DNA of 64,000 bases from Firmicutes bacterium ADurb.Bin300. Its GTDB lineage: Bacteria > Bacillota > Clostridia > Oscillospirales > Acutalibacteraceae. The stretch is from NCBI GenBank assembly GCA_002069015.1, contig MWBL01000001.1, forward strand, positions 24,967 through 88,966, read 5' to 3'. Positions 40,239 to 49,838 of the stretch are shown here, one piece after another. The position numbers and the translations under genes were made by a program. The notes under the pieces are model-generated. The model was not told the origin of the DNA. It worked only from the letters and a program-made list of their open reading frames with translations, and ran no database searches. The stretch's first letter is position 1, and every line of letters begins with the position of its first letter.

Positions 40239-41150
40239 ATGAAGATTATATTTATGGGTACCCCACGATTTGCGCTCCCTGTGCTTGAGTATTTAATAAA
40301 AGGAGAAGATGAGCTTCAGGCGGTTTTCACACAGCCTGACAAACCTTTAGGCAGAAAAGCCGTGATGACACCACCGCCTGTCAAAGAGGTTGCCCGGAGA
40401 AACGGTATTAGCGTTTATCAGCCCTTAAGTCTAAAAGACGGGGAGGCTGAAAGAATCATTAAATCATATCAGCCCGATTTAATAGTCGTAGCAGCTTACG
40501 GGAGGATTTTGCCGTTGTCTTTATTAAACGCTCCGAAATTCGGAGCCGTTAATGTACACGCATCACTTTTACCCAAGCTAAGGGGAGCGGCACCCATTCA
40601 ATGGAGTATAATCAACGGGGATAAAACAACCGGTATTACGACAATGCAAATGGATGCGGGTCTTGATACGGGGGATATTCTTGTTCAAAGCTCCTTGGGA
40701 ATAGGTGAAAACGAAACCTCCGCGGAGCTTCATGACAGGCTTTCGGTGTTAGGTGCATCGGTACTAAAAGAAACGCTTGAAAGGCTCAAAGCCGGTACTC
40801 TTACACCAATCAAGCAGGATGATGCCTCTCACACATATGCCCCGATGCTTTCAAAGAGTGATTCCCCGATAGATTGGACAAAAAGCGCAACGGAAATACA
40901 CAACAGGGTAAGAGGATTAAACCCTTGGCCTTGTGCATGCACTGTTATAGACGACAGGACCGTGAAAATTCACAAAACCGCTCTGTTTGGAATTGCTTCT
41001 GATAAAAAACCCGGTACCATTTTTGTAAAAGGTAATTCGTTATTAGCCGTATGCGGTGACAATTACGCACTTGAGCTTATCGAAATACAACCCGAGGGCG
41101 GGAAAAAAATGACCGCAGCCCAATGGGTATGCGGACACAATATTAAATAG
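40239..41150 (+). CDS. fmt: Methionyl-tRNA formyltransferase
   Basis: MKIIFMGTP start, VNVHASLLPKLRGAAPIQ, and the conserved def-fmt order. Confidence 0.95.
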   Translation: MKIIFMGTPRFALPVLEYLIKGEDELQAVFTQPDKPLGRKAVMTPPPVKEVARRNGISVYQPLSLKDGEAERIIKSYQPDLIVVAAYGRILPLSLLNAPKFGAVNVHASLLPKLRGAAPIQWSIINGDKTTGITTMQMDAGLDTGDILVQSSLGIGENETSAELHDRLSVLGASVLKETLERLKAGTLTPIKQDDASHTYAPMLSKSDSPIDWTKSATEIHNRVRGLNPWPCACTVIDDRTVKIHKTALFGIASDKKPGTIFVKGNSLLAVCGDNYALELIEIQPEGGKKMTAAQWVCGHNIK

Positions 41151-41165
41151 TAAAGGAGTTAAAAT

Positions 41166-41864
41166 ATGCCGTATTTTTATTTTTTACAGGATAATTATTA
41201 TATTATTTTCGTGATTATTCCGCTTATAGCTTCTCTGATTATTCAGGCTAAGCTGAAAATGACTTACAGGAAATATTCTTCGATTGATAATTCCCGCAGA
41301 ATGACGGGGTTTATGGCGGCTCAGGCAGTTTTAGGGCAGCATAGGATTTCGGATGTTTCTATACAGGGAGCTAACGGGAGGCTTTCAGACCACTTTGACC
41401 CGCGTGACAGCACAATAAGACTTTCACCCGAGGTGTACGCAGGTACTTCGATAGCCGCAATAAGCATCGCCTGCCATGAGGCGGGACACGCCGTACAACA
41501 CAAGGAGGGATATACCCCTATCAAGCTCAGAAACGCCATTTTACCCGTTACCAACATCGGCTCGTCCTTGAGTTTACCCCTTATTTTATTAGGTTTATTT
41601 TTCAGCATAGAGCCGTTTGTGCTTGCGGGAATAATTTTCTTTTCATTTGTTGTTATTTTTCATTTAGTAACATTACCGGTAGAATTTAATGCGAGCAAGA
41701 GAGCTATTGAAGCAATAGACTCTTATAATATGCTTACAGATGATGAAGCAAAAGGCGCCAAAAAAGTCCTTAATGCCGCCGCGCTTACCTATATTGCGGC
41801 GTTTGCGGTAAGCCTTGCTCAATTATTGAGACTTATGCTGCTGTTCAGAGGCAGGAGAAGATGA
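41166..41864 (+). CDS. Putative neutral zinc metallopeptidase (YugP-like membrane protein)
   Basis: HEAGHAVQH zinc motif flanked by TM segments. Confidence 0.8.
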   Translation: MPYFYFLQDNYYIIFVIIPLIASLIIQAKLKMTYRKYSSIDNSRRMTGFMAAQAVLGQHRISDVSIQGANGRLSDHFDPRDSTIRLSPEVYAGTSIAAISIACHEAGHAVQHKEGYTPIKLRNAILPVTNIGSSLSLPLILLGLFFSIEPFVLAGIIFFSFVVIFHLVTLPVEFNASKRAIEAIDSYNMLTDDEAKGAKKVLNAAALTYIAAFAVSLAQLLRLMLLFRGRRR

Positions 41865-43180
41865 GTGAAGGAGCGCGTATTTCCGCCGTAAAGGCTCTTA
41901 TAAGGATTGAGAGGGATTCTGCATATTCAAATCTTGTGCTTGATTCTTATCTTAAGAATTCGAATATGAGCTATTCGGATTGCGCCTTGTTTACCGCGCT
42001 TATTTTGGGAGTGCTTGAACGAAAGATAACGCTTGATTATAACCTTTCGCTTTATCTCTCAAAAGGAATAAAAAAGTTAAAGCCGGAGGTTCTTGCGATT
42101 TTGCGCGTCGGAGCGTATCAAATTCTTTTTACCGACAGAATTCCCGACAGCGCCGCGGTAAATGAAAGTGTTAAGGCATCGTTAAAACTCGGCTGCTCAT
42201 ATGCCGCGGGCGTCATAAATGCCGTGTTGCGAAGGCTTTCGGAAAATTCCCTCAGGCTGCCCGAAAACACCGAAACGTTGGGGGGCATTTCGATTAAATA
42301 TTCGGTTCCGGAAGAACTCGCTTTGCTCTTAACGGAAAGCTTAGGCAAGGAAGATGCAATAGGCTTTCTTGAAAGCTCCTTCGGCAAGCCCCCTACTGTA
42401 ATTCGGGTAAACACCTTGAAAACAGATGCCGATAATTTAATAAGAATTCTTCGGGACGAGGGGATAAATGCGAAGGAGAATGAGCTTGTCAAGAATTCTC
42501 TGACATTAGAGAATGCGGGAGATGTAGCTAATCTTAAATCCTTTTCGGCAGGCTTGTTCCATGTACAAGATATATCGTCCCAGCTATGTGTAAAGGCTCT
42601 TGCCCCCGAACCGGGCGAAACGGTTCTTGATATGTGTTCATCCCCCGGAGGAAAAAGCTTTACCGCCGCACAGTATATGAACGGGGAAGGAAAGCTGTAT
42701 TCGTTTGATATAACCGAAAACAGGTTAGGCTTGATAAAAGGCGGAGCAAAAAGGCTTGAAATAGGGAATTTACATTGCGCCTTGAATGATGCGTCAAAGT
42801 ATAATAAGAGCATTCCTCTTTCCTCACGAGTGCTTTGCGATGTTCCCTGCTCGGGACTTGGGGTGCTTCGCAAGAAACCGGAAATCAGATTTAAGGCTGT
42901 ATCCGATATCGGAAAGCTTTATCAGCTTCAATATGATATTTTAAGGACCTCATCACTTTACGTTAAGGACAAAGGCACGCTCATATATTCAACTTGTACC
43001 GTAAACCCCGCCGAAAACAGGGAGATCGCGCTGAGATTTTTGCGAGAAAATCCCGATTTCTCGTCCGAAAAGGTTCTGCCCGAAATCGCTCGAAACACGC
43101 AGGAAGGCGATTTTTTGACACTTTTACCCCATATACACGGATGCGACGGGTTCTTTATATCAAAGTTTATTAAGGGATAA
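41861..43180 (+). CDS. rsmB: 16S rRNA (cytosine-C5)-methyltransferase RsmB/Sun
   Basis: NusB-like N-terminal domain. DMCSSPGGKS SAM motif, DVPCSG and TCT catalytic Cys motifs. Confidence 0.9.
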   Translation: MSEGARISAVKALIRIERDSAYSNLVLDSYLKNSNMSYSDCALFTALILGVLERKITLDYNLSLYLSKGIKKLKPEVLAILRVGAYQILFTDRIPDSAAVNESVKASLKLGCSYAAGVINAVLRRLSENSLRLPENTETLGGISIKYSVPEELALLLTESLGKEDAIGFLESSFGKPPTVIRVNTLKTDADNLIRILRDEGINAKENELVKNSLTLENAGDVANLKSFSAGLFHVQDISSQLCVKALAPEPGETVLDMCSSPGGKSFTAAQYMNGEGKLYSFDITENRLGLIKGGAKRLEIGNLHCALNDASKYNKSIPLSSRVLCDVPCSGLGVLRKKPEIRFKAVSDIGKLYQLQYDILRTSSLYVKDKGTLIYSTCTVNPAENREIALRFLRENPDFSSEKVLPEIARNTQEGDFLTLLPHIHGCDGFFISKFIKG

Positions 43181-43182
43181 TT

Positions 43183-44250
43183 ATGGAAAAAACAGATATA
43201 TTATCATTAAACGGGAGAGAGCTTGAAACAGCATTGTTGCCGTTTTCCGCACCACGATACCGAGCCGCCCAGATTTTTGACTGGCTTCATAAAAAACGTG
43301 TTCCCGAATTCGATGGAATGACAAACATTCCCAAGACATTTTTGTTACAATTGAGTGACAATTTTGTCATATTTGATTGCAATGTTGAAAAAAAATTAAA
43401 ATCAATGTATGATGATACGGTCAAATATCTGTTTTCACTTTATGACGGTGAGCTTATTGAGTGCGTAGTGATGAAGTATAAATACGGTAGCACGATTTGT
43501 ATTTCCACTCAGGTAGGCTGTAAAATGGGTTGCGGCTTTTGCGCTTCCGGAGCGAGCGGGTTTAAGCGGAATTTAATGCCGTCGGAAATGCTTGCCCAGG
43601 TCTATGCGGCTCAAAGAGAACTTGATATAACGCTATCGCACGTTGTTTTGATGGGAATGGGTGAACCTCTTGACAACTTTGACAATGTCGTTAAATTCTT
43701 TGAATTGATATCAGACCCGGCAGGTCAAAATATAAGCATGAGGAAAATTTCTGTATCTACAAGCGGAATTGTTCCCCGAATTTACGAGCTTGCAAAGCTT
43801 AAATTAGGCGTTACTCTTTCGGTCTCACTTCACGCACCCAATGATGAAATCCGCTCAAAGCTTATGCCGATAAACAAACAATGGGGAATAGATGAGCTTA
43901 TTGAGGCTTGCCGTGCTTACACAAAAGCGACATCACGACGCATATCATTTGAATATATTATGATTAAAGGAGTTAATGACAGCGACGAATGCGCACTCTT
44001 GCTTGCAAAGCGTTTAAAAGGGATGCTGTGCCATGTAAATCTTATACCGGTTAACGAGGTCCCGGGGAAAACTAACAGCAGCAGCGGCGACAACCGCATA
44101 AGGGCTTTTTCCTCAATACTCGCCGAAAAAGGGATTAACGCAACCGTTAGGCGTTCTCTCGGCTCCGATATAAACGCTTCGTGCGGACAACTGAGAAGAA
44201 ACAGCATGCACAGCCTGAATAATCAACGGGAAAGTGATTTAGTAGTATGA
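43183..44250 (+). CDS. rlmN: 23S rRNA/tRNA (adenine-C2)-methyltransferase RlmN (radical SAM)
   Basis: CISTQVGCKMGCGFC (CX3CX2C), MGMGEPLDN and a C-terminal SCGQL motif. Confidence 0.95.
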   Translation: MEKTDILSLNGRELETALLPFSAPRYRAAQIFDWLHKKRVPEFDGMTNIPKTFLLQLSDNFVIFDCNVEKKLKSMYDDTVKYLFSLYDGELIECVVMKYKYGSTICISTQVGCKMGCGFCASGASGFKRNLMPSEMLAQVYAAQRELDITLSHVVLMGMGEPLDNFDNVVKFFELISDPAGQNISMRKISVSTSGIVPRIYELAKLKLGVTLSVSLHAPNDEIRSKLMPINKQWGIDELIEACRAYTKATSRRISFEYIMIKGVNDSDECALLLAKRLKGMLCHVNLIPVNEVPGKTNSSSGDNRIRAFSSILAEKGINATVRRSLGSDINASCGQLRRNSMHSLNNQRESDLVV

Positions 44251-44972
44251 AGCTCATTGCAAAAACAGACAGGGGTTTAGTTCGTGCAACAAACCAAGAC
44301 GCATACATTACCGGAGAATTATCCGATGATGTTGTCGTCGCCGTTGTCTGTGACGGTATGGGAGGGGCAAAGGGCGGCAATATTGCAAGCTCTCTTGCCG
44401 TAAAGCTAATTTATGAGCAGGTTTCGGCACAGTTTCGTGAAGATATGCAATCCAAATCAATTAAAAATATGCTTGAATCGGTTATTAACGCCGCTAATGC
44501 GGGTGTACACAACATTTCACGCTCAAACTCGGAGCTTGACGGTATGGGGACCACGGTTGTTACAGCGATAATTAAAAGGAATACCGCTTATATCGCTCAT
44601 GCGGGAGACAGTCGCGCTTATATGATTAACAAAAACGGTCTTACGCGCCTTACTCATGACCACTCCGTAGTACAGCAGCTTATTGACAGCGGAAGGATAA
44701 CACAGCGAGAGGCGATGAACCATCCGCGCAGTAACATAATTACACGGGCTCTCGGGGTCGATGATTATGTTGACATTGATTTCTCGGAATATTCATTTTC
44801 GAAAGGCGATTGTTTGCTTATATGTACAGACGGGTTGACTAACTCGCTAAGCGATGAGGATATAGCTCAAATCGCTGCTAATACCGAATATTATCTGCTT
44901 GCCGAAAGGTTAGTTGAAAGTGCAAAAAAACAAGGCGGAAGAGATAATATTACGGTAGTAACTATTGCTTAG
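44247..44972 (+). CDS. prpC: PP2C-family Ser/Thr phosphatase (Stp/PrpC)
   Basis: RATNQDA, CDGMGG, GDSRAY and DGLTN motifs. Overlaps the rlmN stop. Confidence 0.9.
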   Translation: MKLIAKTDRGLVRATNQDAYITGELSDDVVVAVVCDGMGGAKGGNIASSLAVKLIYEQVSAQFREDMQSKSIKNMLESVINAANAGVHNISRSNSELDGMGTTVVTAIIKRNTAYIAHAGDSRAYMINKNGLTRLTHDHSVVQQLIDSGRITQREAMNHPRSNIITRALGVDDYVDIDFSEYSFSKGDCLLICTDGLTNSLSDEDIAQIAANTEYYLLAERLVESAKKQGGRDNITVVTIA

Positions 44973-44982
44973 AGGTGATAAC

Positions 44983-47146
44983 ATGGATAACTACGTTGGA
45001 AAAAGACTTGACGGCAGATATGAGATAAGGGAAATCATTGGTGTGGGCGGAATGTCTGTAGTTTACAAGGCTTATGACAATATTGACGATAGAATAGTAG
45101 CCGTCAAAATTCTTAAAGAGGAATTTCTTGCGAAACGAATCAAAAGCCATTGCCGTGCTTTCTCATTCGAATATCGTCAAAGTATACGACGTAAGCTTTG
45201 GAGACAGGCTGCAATACATCGTAATGGAATATGTAGAGGGTATTACGCTCAAGGAATATATTGAGCAGCAAAAAATTATTCCTTGGAAGGAAACCTTACA
45301 TTTCGTAATTCAAATTTTAAGAGCGCTCCAGCACGCCCACGACAAGGGAATAGTTCACCGCGATATTAAACCCCAGAACATCATTTTACTTCAAAACGGA
45401 AATATTAAAGTAACTGATTTCGGTATCGCCCGATTTAGCAGAGGCGAAACGCGCAGCATGACGGAAAGCGCAATAGGCTCCGTTCATTATATAAGTCCGG
45501 AACAAGCGAGAGGTGAACTTACAGACGATAAGGCGGATATTTATTCAGTCGGCATCGTTTTATATGAGATGCTCACAGGGACATTGCCGTTTCAGGGTGA
45601 TTCCGCTGTATCCGTTGCTCTTATGCAGGTAAACGATGAGCCTAAAAGACCGCATGAAATCAACCCCGAAATACCTGTGGGGCTTGAGCAAATTACGCTC
45701 AGAGCAATGCAGAAGAATACCCGTGACCGATATCAGTCGGCGGCGGAAATGCTCCTTGACCTTGAAGAGTTCAAGAGAAATCCCCTGATTAAATTTGATT
45801 ATACATATTTTGTTGACGAAGAACCGACAAAATATGTTGACAGTTTCCAAACAAGGCAAACGCGCGCCGTTTTGTCGGAAGAGGATGAAAACGAAGCAGA
45901 CTCGGCACAATCGCAAAACGTTAAAAACAGAGTTTTACCTATTGTTGCGGGGGTCGTCTTTAGTCTTGTTATTGCGGCGGTAATTTTCATAGTCATTCAG
46001 CTTGCGAATAACGGAACAATTTTTTCGGGGAAAAAGATTGAAGTTATGAATTTTGTCGGGAAAAATTATCTGCTTGAGATTAAAGACAAACCCGAATATA
46101 CAGAGCTTTACAACTTTGAGGTTGTTTATCAATCTAATTCTGCCTTTGAACCGGGGACCGTTTTTGAGCAGGATCCCGTTTCGGGTCAAAAGATAACAAA
46201 AGGCGGAACCATTAAGCTTTCCGTAGTAAATGAAAGCACGAGCCGTCAAGTCCCCAATGTGGTTGGCTTTGCTACGTTTGCGGAAGCTGAATTTATGCTT
46301 AACGAACAGGGCTTTAATGCAATAAAGGTGGCCGTCGAGGACCCGTCGGTTACAATAGGCACCGTAGTAAGAACAAGTCCCGAGCCCGGGGATAGTGCCG
46401 CTGTGGGGTCGACCGTTACGGTTTATGTGTCAACTGAGGTGCAGACCGATAAAGTCATAGTGCCTAAGCTAACTGACAGCTCGCTTGAAGCCGCGAAGGA
46501 GATAATTAATTATTTGGGTCTGTCTCTTGGGGAGATAAGAGAAGAAAACAGCTCACTTGCGGCAGGTATCGTCATATCGCAGGATCCCGCCGAAAATTCC
46601 GAGGTTACGAAAAACACAAAGGTTAATCTTGTAGTAAGCACGGGCAGTCCCGTTTCGGGCTCGGTTGATATAATTATTAACTTGCCGAATATCGGAAGAG
46701 CAAATCTTGAAATATGCGTAAATGATGTTTTCGTCGGCAATCCTCTTACCGTATACGCATCGGGTCAGACCCGTGCCGTAACCGTGTCGGGCTCAGGCTC
46801 AAACAATATTGTCTCAATTTTTATTGATGACCAAAAAATCTATGAGGCTCATGTTGATTTTACAACATCCCCGCCCGAAGTTACAAACGAAATAACTTAT
46901 AATTATGTCACTTATATTGATGTTACGGGTATGGAGGCTTTAGCCGCAAAAAAAAGACTCAATGACGCGGGCTTTGTGAATGTATCACTTTCCTTCAGCG
47001 AGGATGCACCGGGCAACAAAGGCACCGTGTATATGCAAAGTCCTCTTTATGCCTCTTCCTCGGGTGTTAATTCGCAGACTCCGATTACACTATATGTAGT
47101 AGGTTCTCAAGAGGATGTATCCAAAGACAATCCGTTTGGGTTTTAA
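44983..47146 (+). pseudogene. prkC: PASTA-domain Ser/Thr kinase PrkC, interrupted by a frameshift near 45125-45135
   Basis: Frame 1 reads MDNYVGKRLDGRYEIREIIGVGGMSVVYKA...VAVKILKEEFLA, then becomes non-kinase sequence and stops at 45264. Frame 2 from about 45131 reads RNESKAIAVLSHSNIVKVYDV...HRDIKPQN...DFGIA...SPEQ, followed by a TM segment and PASTA repeats. Total span is 2164 nt, not a multiple of 3. Confidence 0.8.
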
Positions 47147-47152
47147 ACTGCA

Positions 47153-48040
47153 ATGGACGAAAAGACTCTTGAAGGCATTATAATAAAAGGTATAGGCGGC
47201 TTCTATTATGTTGAAGCCGCCAATCAAACTTTTTGCTGTAAGGCGCGAGGACTGCTCAGAAAACAGAAAATAACCCCTCTTGCGGGCGACAGAGTAATCA
47301 TTTCAATTAATAGGGCAGGAGAAAATACTGTTGATGAAATTCTTCCGCGTTCAAATTTTTTGTTAAGACCGCCCATTGCCAATGCTGGCAGACTGATTAT
47401 TGTTTCCTCCGTTGTGACGCCCAAGCCAGTTCCATATCTTATAGACAGGCTTACGGTGATTGCCGTTAACAAGGGAATTGAACCTGTTGTGGTTTTTTCA
47501 AAAAGCGACTTATCCGACACCTCGCAATACACCAGGATGTACAAGAATGTGGGAATACCTGTTTTTTCGGTATCCACCGTAACGCATGAGGGAAAAGAAA
47601 AGCTTATAAAAGTGATTTCGGATAAAATCAATGTATTTACGGGGAATTCGGGTGTCGGGAAATCATCTTTATTAAATATTCTCAGTTTAGATATTAATCT
47701 TAAAACCGGTGAAATCAGTCAAAAGCTCGGCAGGGGACGCCATACTACAAGAGAGGTTGAGCTTTTTAAATTCAGAGAAGGCTATATAGCAGACACACCG
47801 GGCTTTTCAGCCCTTGAAACACAGGGCGCAGAAGCTATACCCAAGGAAAATCTGCAGTTTTGTTTTCCGGAGTTTTTGCCCCTTCTCGGGAAATGCAAAT
47901 TTTCAAGCTGTACTCATACCGGCGATTTGGGATGTGTAATTGCACAGGCGGCTGAAAGAGGCGACATCAGCAAGAGCAGATTTGAAAGCTATAAGGCAAT
48001 GTACAAACAGGCAAAAAACACAGAAGATTGGAGCGAGTAA
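47153..48040 (+). CDS. rsgA: Ribosome small-subunit-dependent GTPase A
   Basis: Circularly permuted GTPase motifs (FSKSD, GNSGVGKSSLLN) and a C-terminal zinc motif CxFxxCxHxxxxxC. Confidence 0.9.
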   Translation: MDEKTLEGIIIKGIGGFYYVEAANQTFCCKARGLLRKQKITPLAGDRVIISINRAGENTVDEILPRSNFLLRPPIANAGRLIIVSSVVTPKPVPYLIDRLTVIAVNKGIEPVVVFSKSDLSDTSQYTRMYKNVGIPVFSVSTVTHEGKEKLIKVISDKINVFTGNSGVGKSSLLNILSLDINLKTGEISQKLGRGRHTTREVELFKFREGYIADTPGFSALETQGAEAIPKENLQFCFPEFLPLLGKCKFSSCTHTGDLGCVIAQAAERGDISKSRFESYKAMYKQAKNTEDWSE

Positions 48041-48100
48041 CCAAATTTCGCATTTTGCGTATACTATGATTGTAAAACAATATGTGAAAGGTGGATTCAT

Positions 48101-48175
48101 ATGAAAATCATAGTATGGAGGAGTCCTAAGGCTTTACGCGGCATTCTTAAACTGATTTTCGGAATTAAAAATTAA
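48101..48175 (+). CDS. spoVM: SpoVM-like 24-aa sporulation peptide (not in the ORF track)
   Basis: AAAGGTGG lies 6 nt before the ATG. The product is MKIIVWRSPKALRGILKLIFGIKN. A strong terminator follows immediately. It resembles B. subtilis SpoVM (MKFYTIKLPKFLGGIVRAMLGSFRKD, from memory) and sits in the same neighbourhood downstream of prkC-rsgA. Confidence 0.7.
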   Translation: MKIIVWRSPKALRGILKLIFGIKN

Positions 48176-48202
48176 AAAAACGTACATATTTTCAATTCTC
48201 CC

Positions 48203-48232
48203 ACACAGCATCTTCGGATGCTGTGTTTTTTA
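48203..48232 (+). terminator. Intrinsic terminator after spoVM
   Basis: ACACAGCATC-ttcg-GATGCTGTGT followed by TTTTTT. Confidence 0.75.
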
Positions 48233-48292
48233 TTCATAAACAGGACAGGGGTTGAATACATTTTATTGAAAAGCTACGAGAGGAGCAAGAAT

Positions 48293-49825
48293 ATGGATAT
48301 CAGTCTTCAAAAAGAGAATTTTGGTTTCAGTTCGATTATATTTGATAAGGTAGTCGAACAAAGCGTCACCGCAGAATTAAATCTTCCTGATTATATGCCG
48401 GACATTTTAAGGGTCGTCAAGGCAAATATTACTCCAAAAATCAGTTCGGTTAATTTAGTCGGGGACAGAATTACTATTGACGGGGTTAGCGAGGCTCAGA
48501 TTGTTTACTGCTGTGAGGCGGGAGAAATGCACACCTATTCGGCAATTACGGATTTTTCTCGATATGCCGAGTGTCGTGAGGCTCTCTCAACTGATACGGT
48601 TACGGTCAAAGCGGTTTGCGATTACGCCAACTGCCGTGCGATGTCGCCCAAGAGAGCGGAAATTAAAGGAAATATCTCAATTCCCATTAAACTCATCAGA
48701 AAAGAGCTGCGTGAGGTACTGTGCGGGGCGCAGGGTGTCGGAATTCAGCTTAAAACAGATAATGTGTCAGCTGTTTCAATTGTCGCAATAGGAGAAAAAA
48801 CCTTTTCCATGAGTGATGTATTTGAATTGCCGGACGGTAAGGATAATATTAAAAGTATAATATATTCGAACGCTTTTGCCGTTTCCGGAGATGTAAAACA
48901 AATTAATAACAAGCTTATGCTTAAAGGCGAGCTTTCGGTGAACATAGTTTATATTCCCGAAGGCAAAGTAACCTCAGTAGAACGTATATCACACAGTCTG
49001 CCCATAAACCAAATTATAGAGCTTGAGGGAATTTCGGAGGGCTCGATGTGCGACATAAGCTTAAGTGTTCCGATGCTTGAAGTTGCGGCGAAGCCAAAGG
49101 TTGATAACACCTTGAGAGTTATTGACATATCGGCGTCCGTTGCGGCCTTCATAACAGCGGCGGAGAAAAAAGAGGTTGAGGTTATCCTCGATGCTTATTC
49201 AACGACGAACTCGGTAGAGATTAAAACAGATACGCATTCGGTTGTGGATTTTGAGGAAGCTGTTAACGAAACCTTAATAATAAAAGAAGTCATTGACGTT
49301 TCCCAAAACGCAGTCACCGGCGTTCTTGATATCAGAATTGAAGAACCAAGCTTTAATACATCAATTTCAGAAACGGAAATAACTGTCAGCGGAACGGTAA
49401 AGGCTTGCATTATTTATACAGATTCCGCAGCTGAGCCCGGTTATATGGAGAAGCTGATAGACTTTAGCAATGCTTATACCAACAAAGTAGGAAGGTCCGC
49501 GCGGTTTGAGCCGAGAATAATCATTACCGCAAGCAGCTTTTTATTTCCTTCGCCGGAAAAAATTGACCTTAAAATTGAAGCTGTGCTAAGCGGAAATATT
49601 TATTCCGAAAAAACAATAGTCTGTGTAAACGAAATAATAAACTTAGGCGAAAGAGAAAAAGGCTCCGACCATAGAGGAGTGACTATTTACTTCGCGCAGG
49701 AGAACGAGAGCCTTTGGAGCATCGCAAGACGCTATAATACAACTATAGAGGCAATAGCCGATGAAAACGAAATCGGAAACGATGTATTAACCGAAAAGCA
49801 AATGCTGATAATTCCGAGTATTTAA
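48293..49825 (+). CDS. sipL: DUF3794-type protein with C-terminal LysM domain (SipL-like spore coat morphogenetic protein)
   Basis: ATG at 48293 follows GAGGAG. Beta-rich repeated body. C-terminal LysM (VTIYFAQENESLWSIARRYNTTIEAIADENEI). Directly upstream of spoIVA. The track start 48218 lies inside the spoVM terminator. Confidence 0.7.
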   Translation: MDISLQKENFGFSSIIFDKVVEQSVTAELNLPDYMPDILRVVKANITPKISSVNLVGDRITIDGVSEAQIVYCCEAGEMHTYSAITDFSRYAECREALSTDTVTVKAVCDYANCRAMSPKRAEIKGNISIPIKLIRKELREVLCGAQGVGIQLKTDNVSAVSIVAIGEKTFSMSDVFELPDGKDNIKSIIYSNAFAVSGDVKQINNKLMLKGELSVNIVYIPEGKVTSVERISHSLPINQIIELEGISEGSMCDISLSVPMLEVAAKPKVDNTLRVIDISASVAAFITAAEKKEVEVILDAYSTTNSVEIKTDTHSVVDFEEAVNETLIIKEVIDVSQNAVTGVLDIRIEEPSFNTSISETEITVSGTVKACIIYTDSAAEPGYMEKLIDFSNAYTNKVGRSARFEPRIIITASSFLFPSPEKIDLKIEAVLSGNIYSEKTIVCVNEIINLGEREKGSDHRGVTIYFAQENESLWSIARRYNTTIEAIADENEIGNDVLTEKQMLIIPSI

Positions 49826-49838
49826 GGGAGGAAGAATA

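Noticed and set aside
42118-42873. Long antisense ORFs in the track. Examples: 42118-42873 (251 aa), 4983-5609, 6475-7098, 62928-63614, 39263-39763, 20534-20998, 11037-11561, 54772-55236, 52141-52596, 32828-33265.
   Set aside because: Each lies entirely opposite a gene with strong motif support (rsmB, spoIIIAE, spoIIIAH, malic enzyme, priA, ispF and others). Their translations are low-complexity Ser/Leu/Pro/Arg-rich shadow products without RBS or motifs.
43183-44250. A second radical SAM gene as part of a novel system.
   Set aside because: It is clearly RlmN (canonical CX3CX2C, conserved C-terminal Cys) in its conserved rsmB-rlmN-stp-prkC context.
44965-45264. 99-aa ORF treated as an independent small gene.
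   Set aside because: Its first roughly 50 residues are the P-loop and VAVK region of the PrkC kinase domain, and the remainder is out-of-frame read-through. It is the 5' fragment of the frameshifted prkC.
48218-48292. N-terminal extension of the sipL-like ORF starting at TTG 48218.
   Set aside because: That start lies inside the stem of the spoVM terminator. The ATG at 48293 has a GAGGAG RBS.
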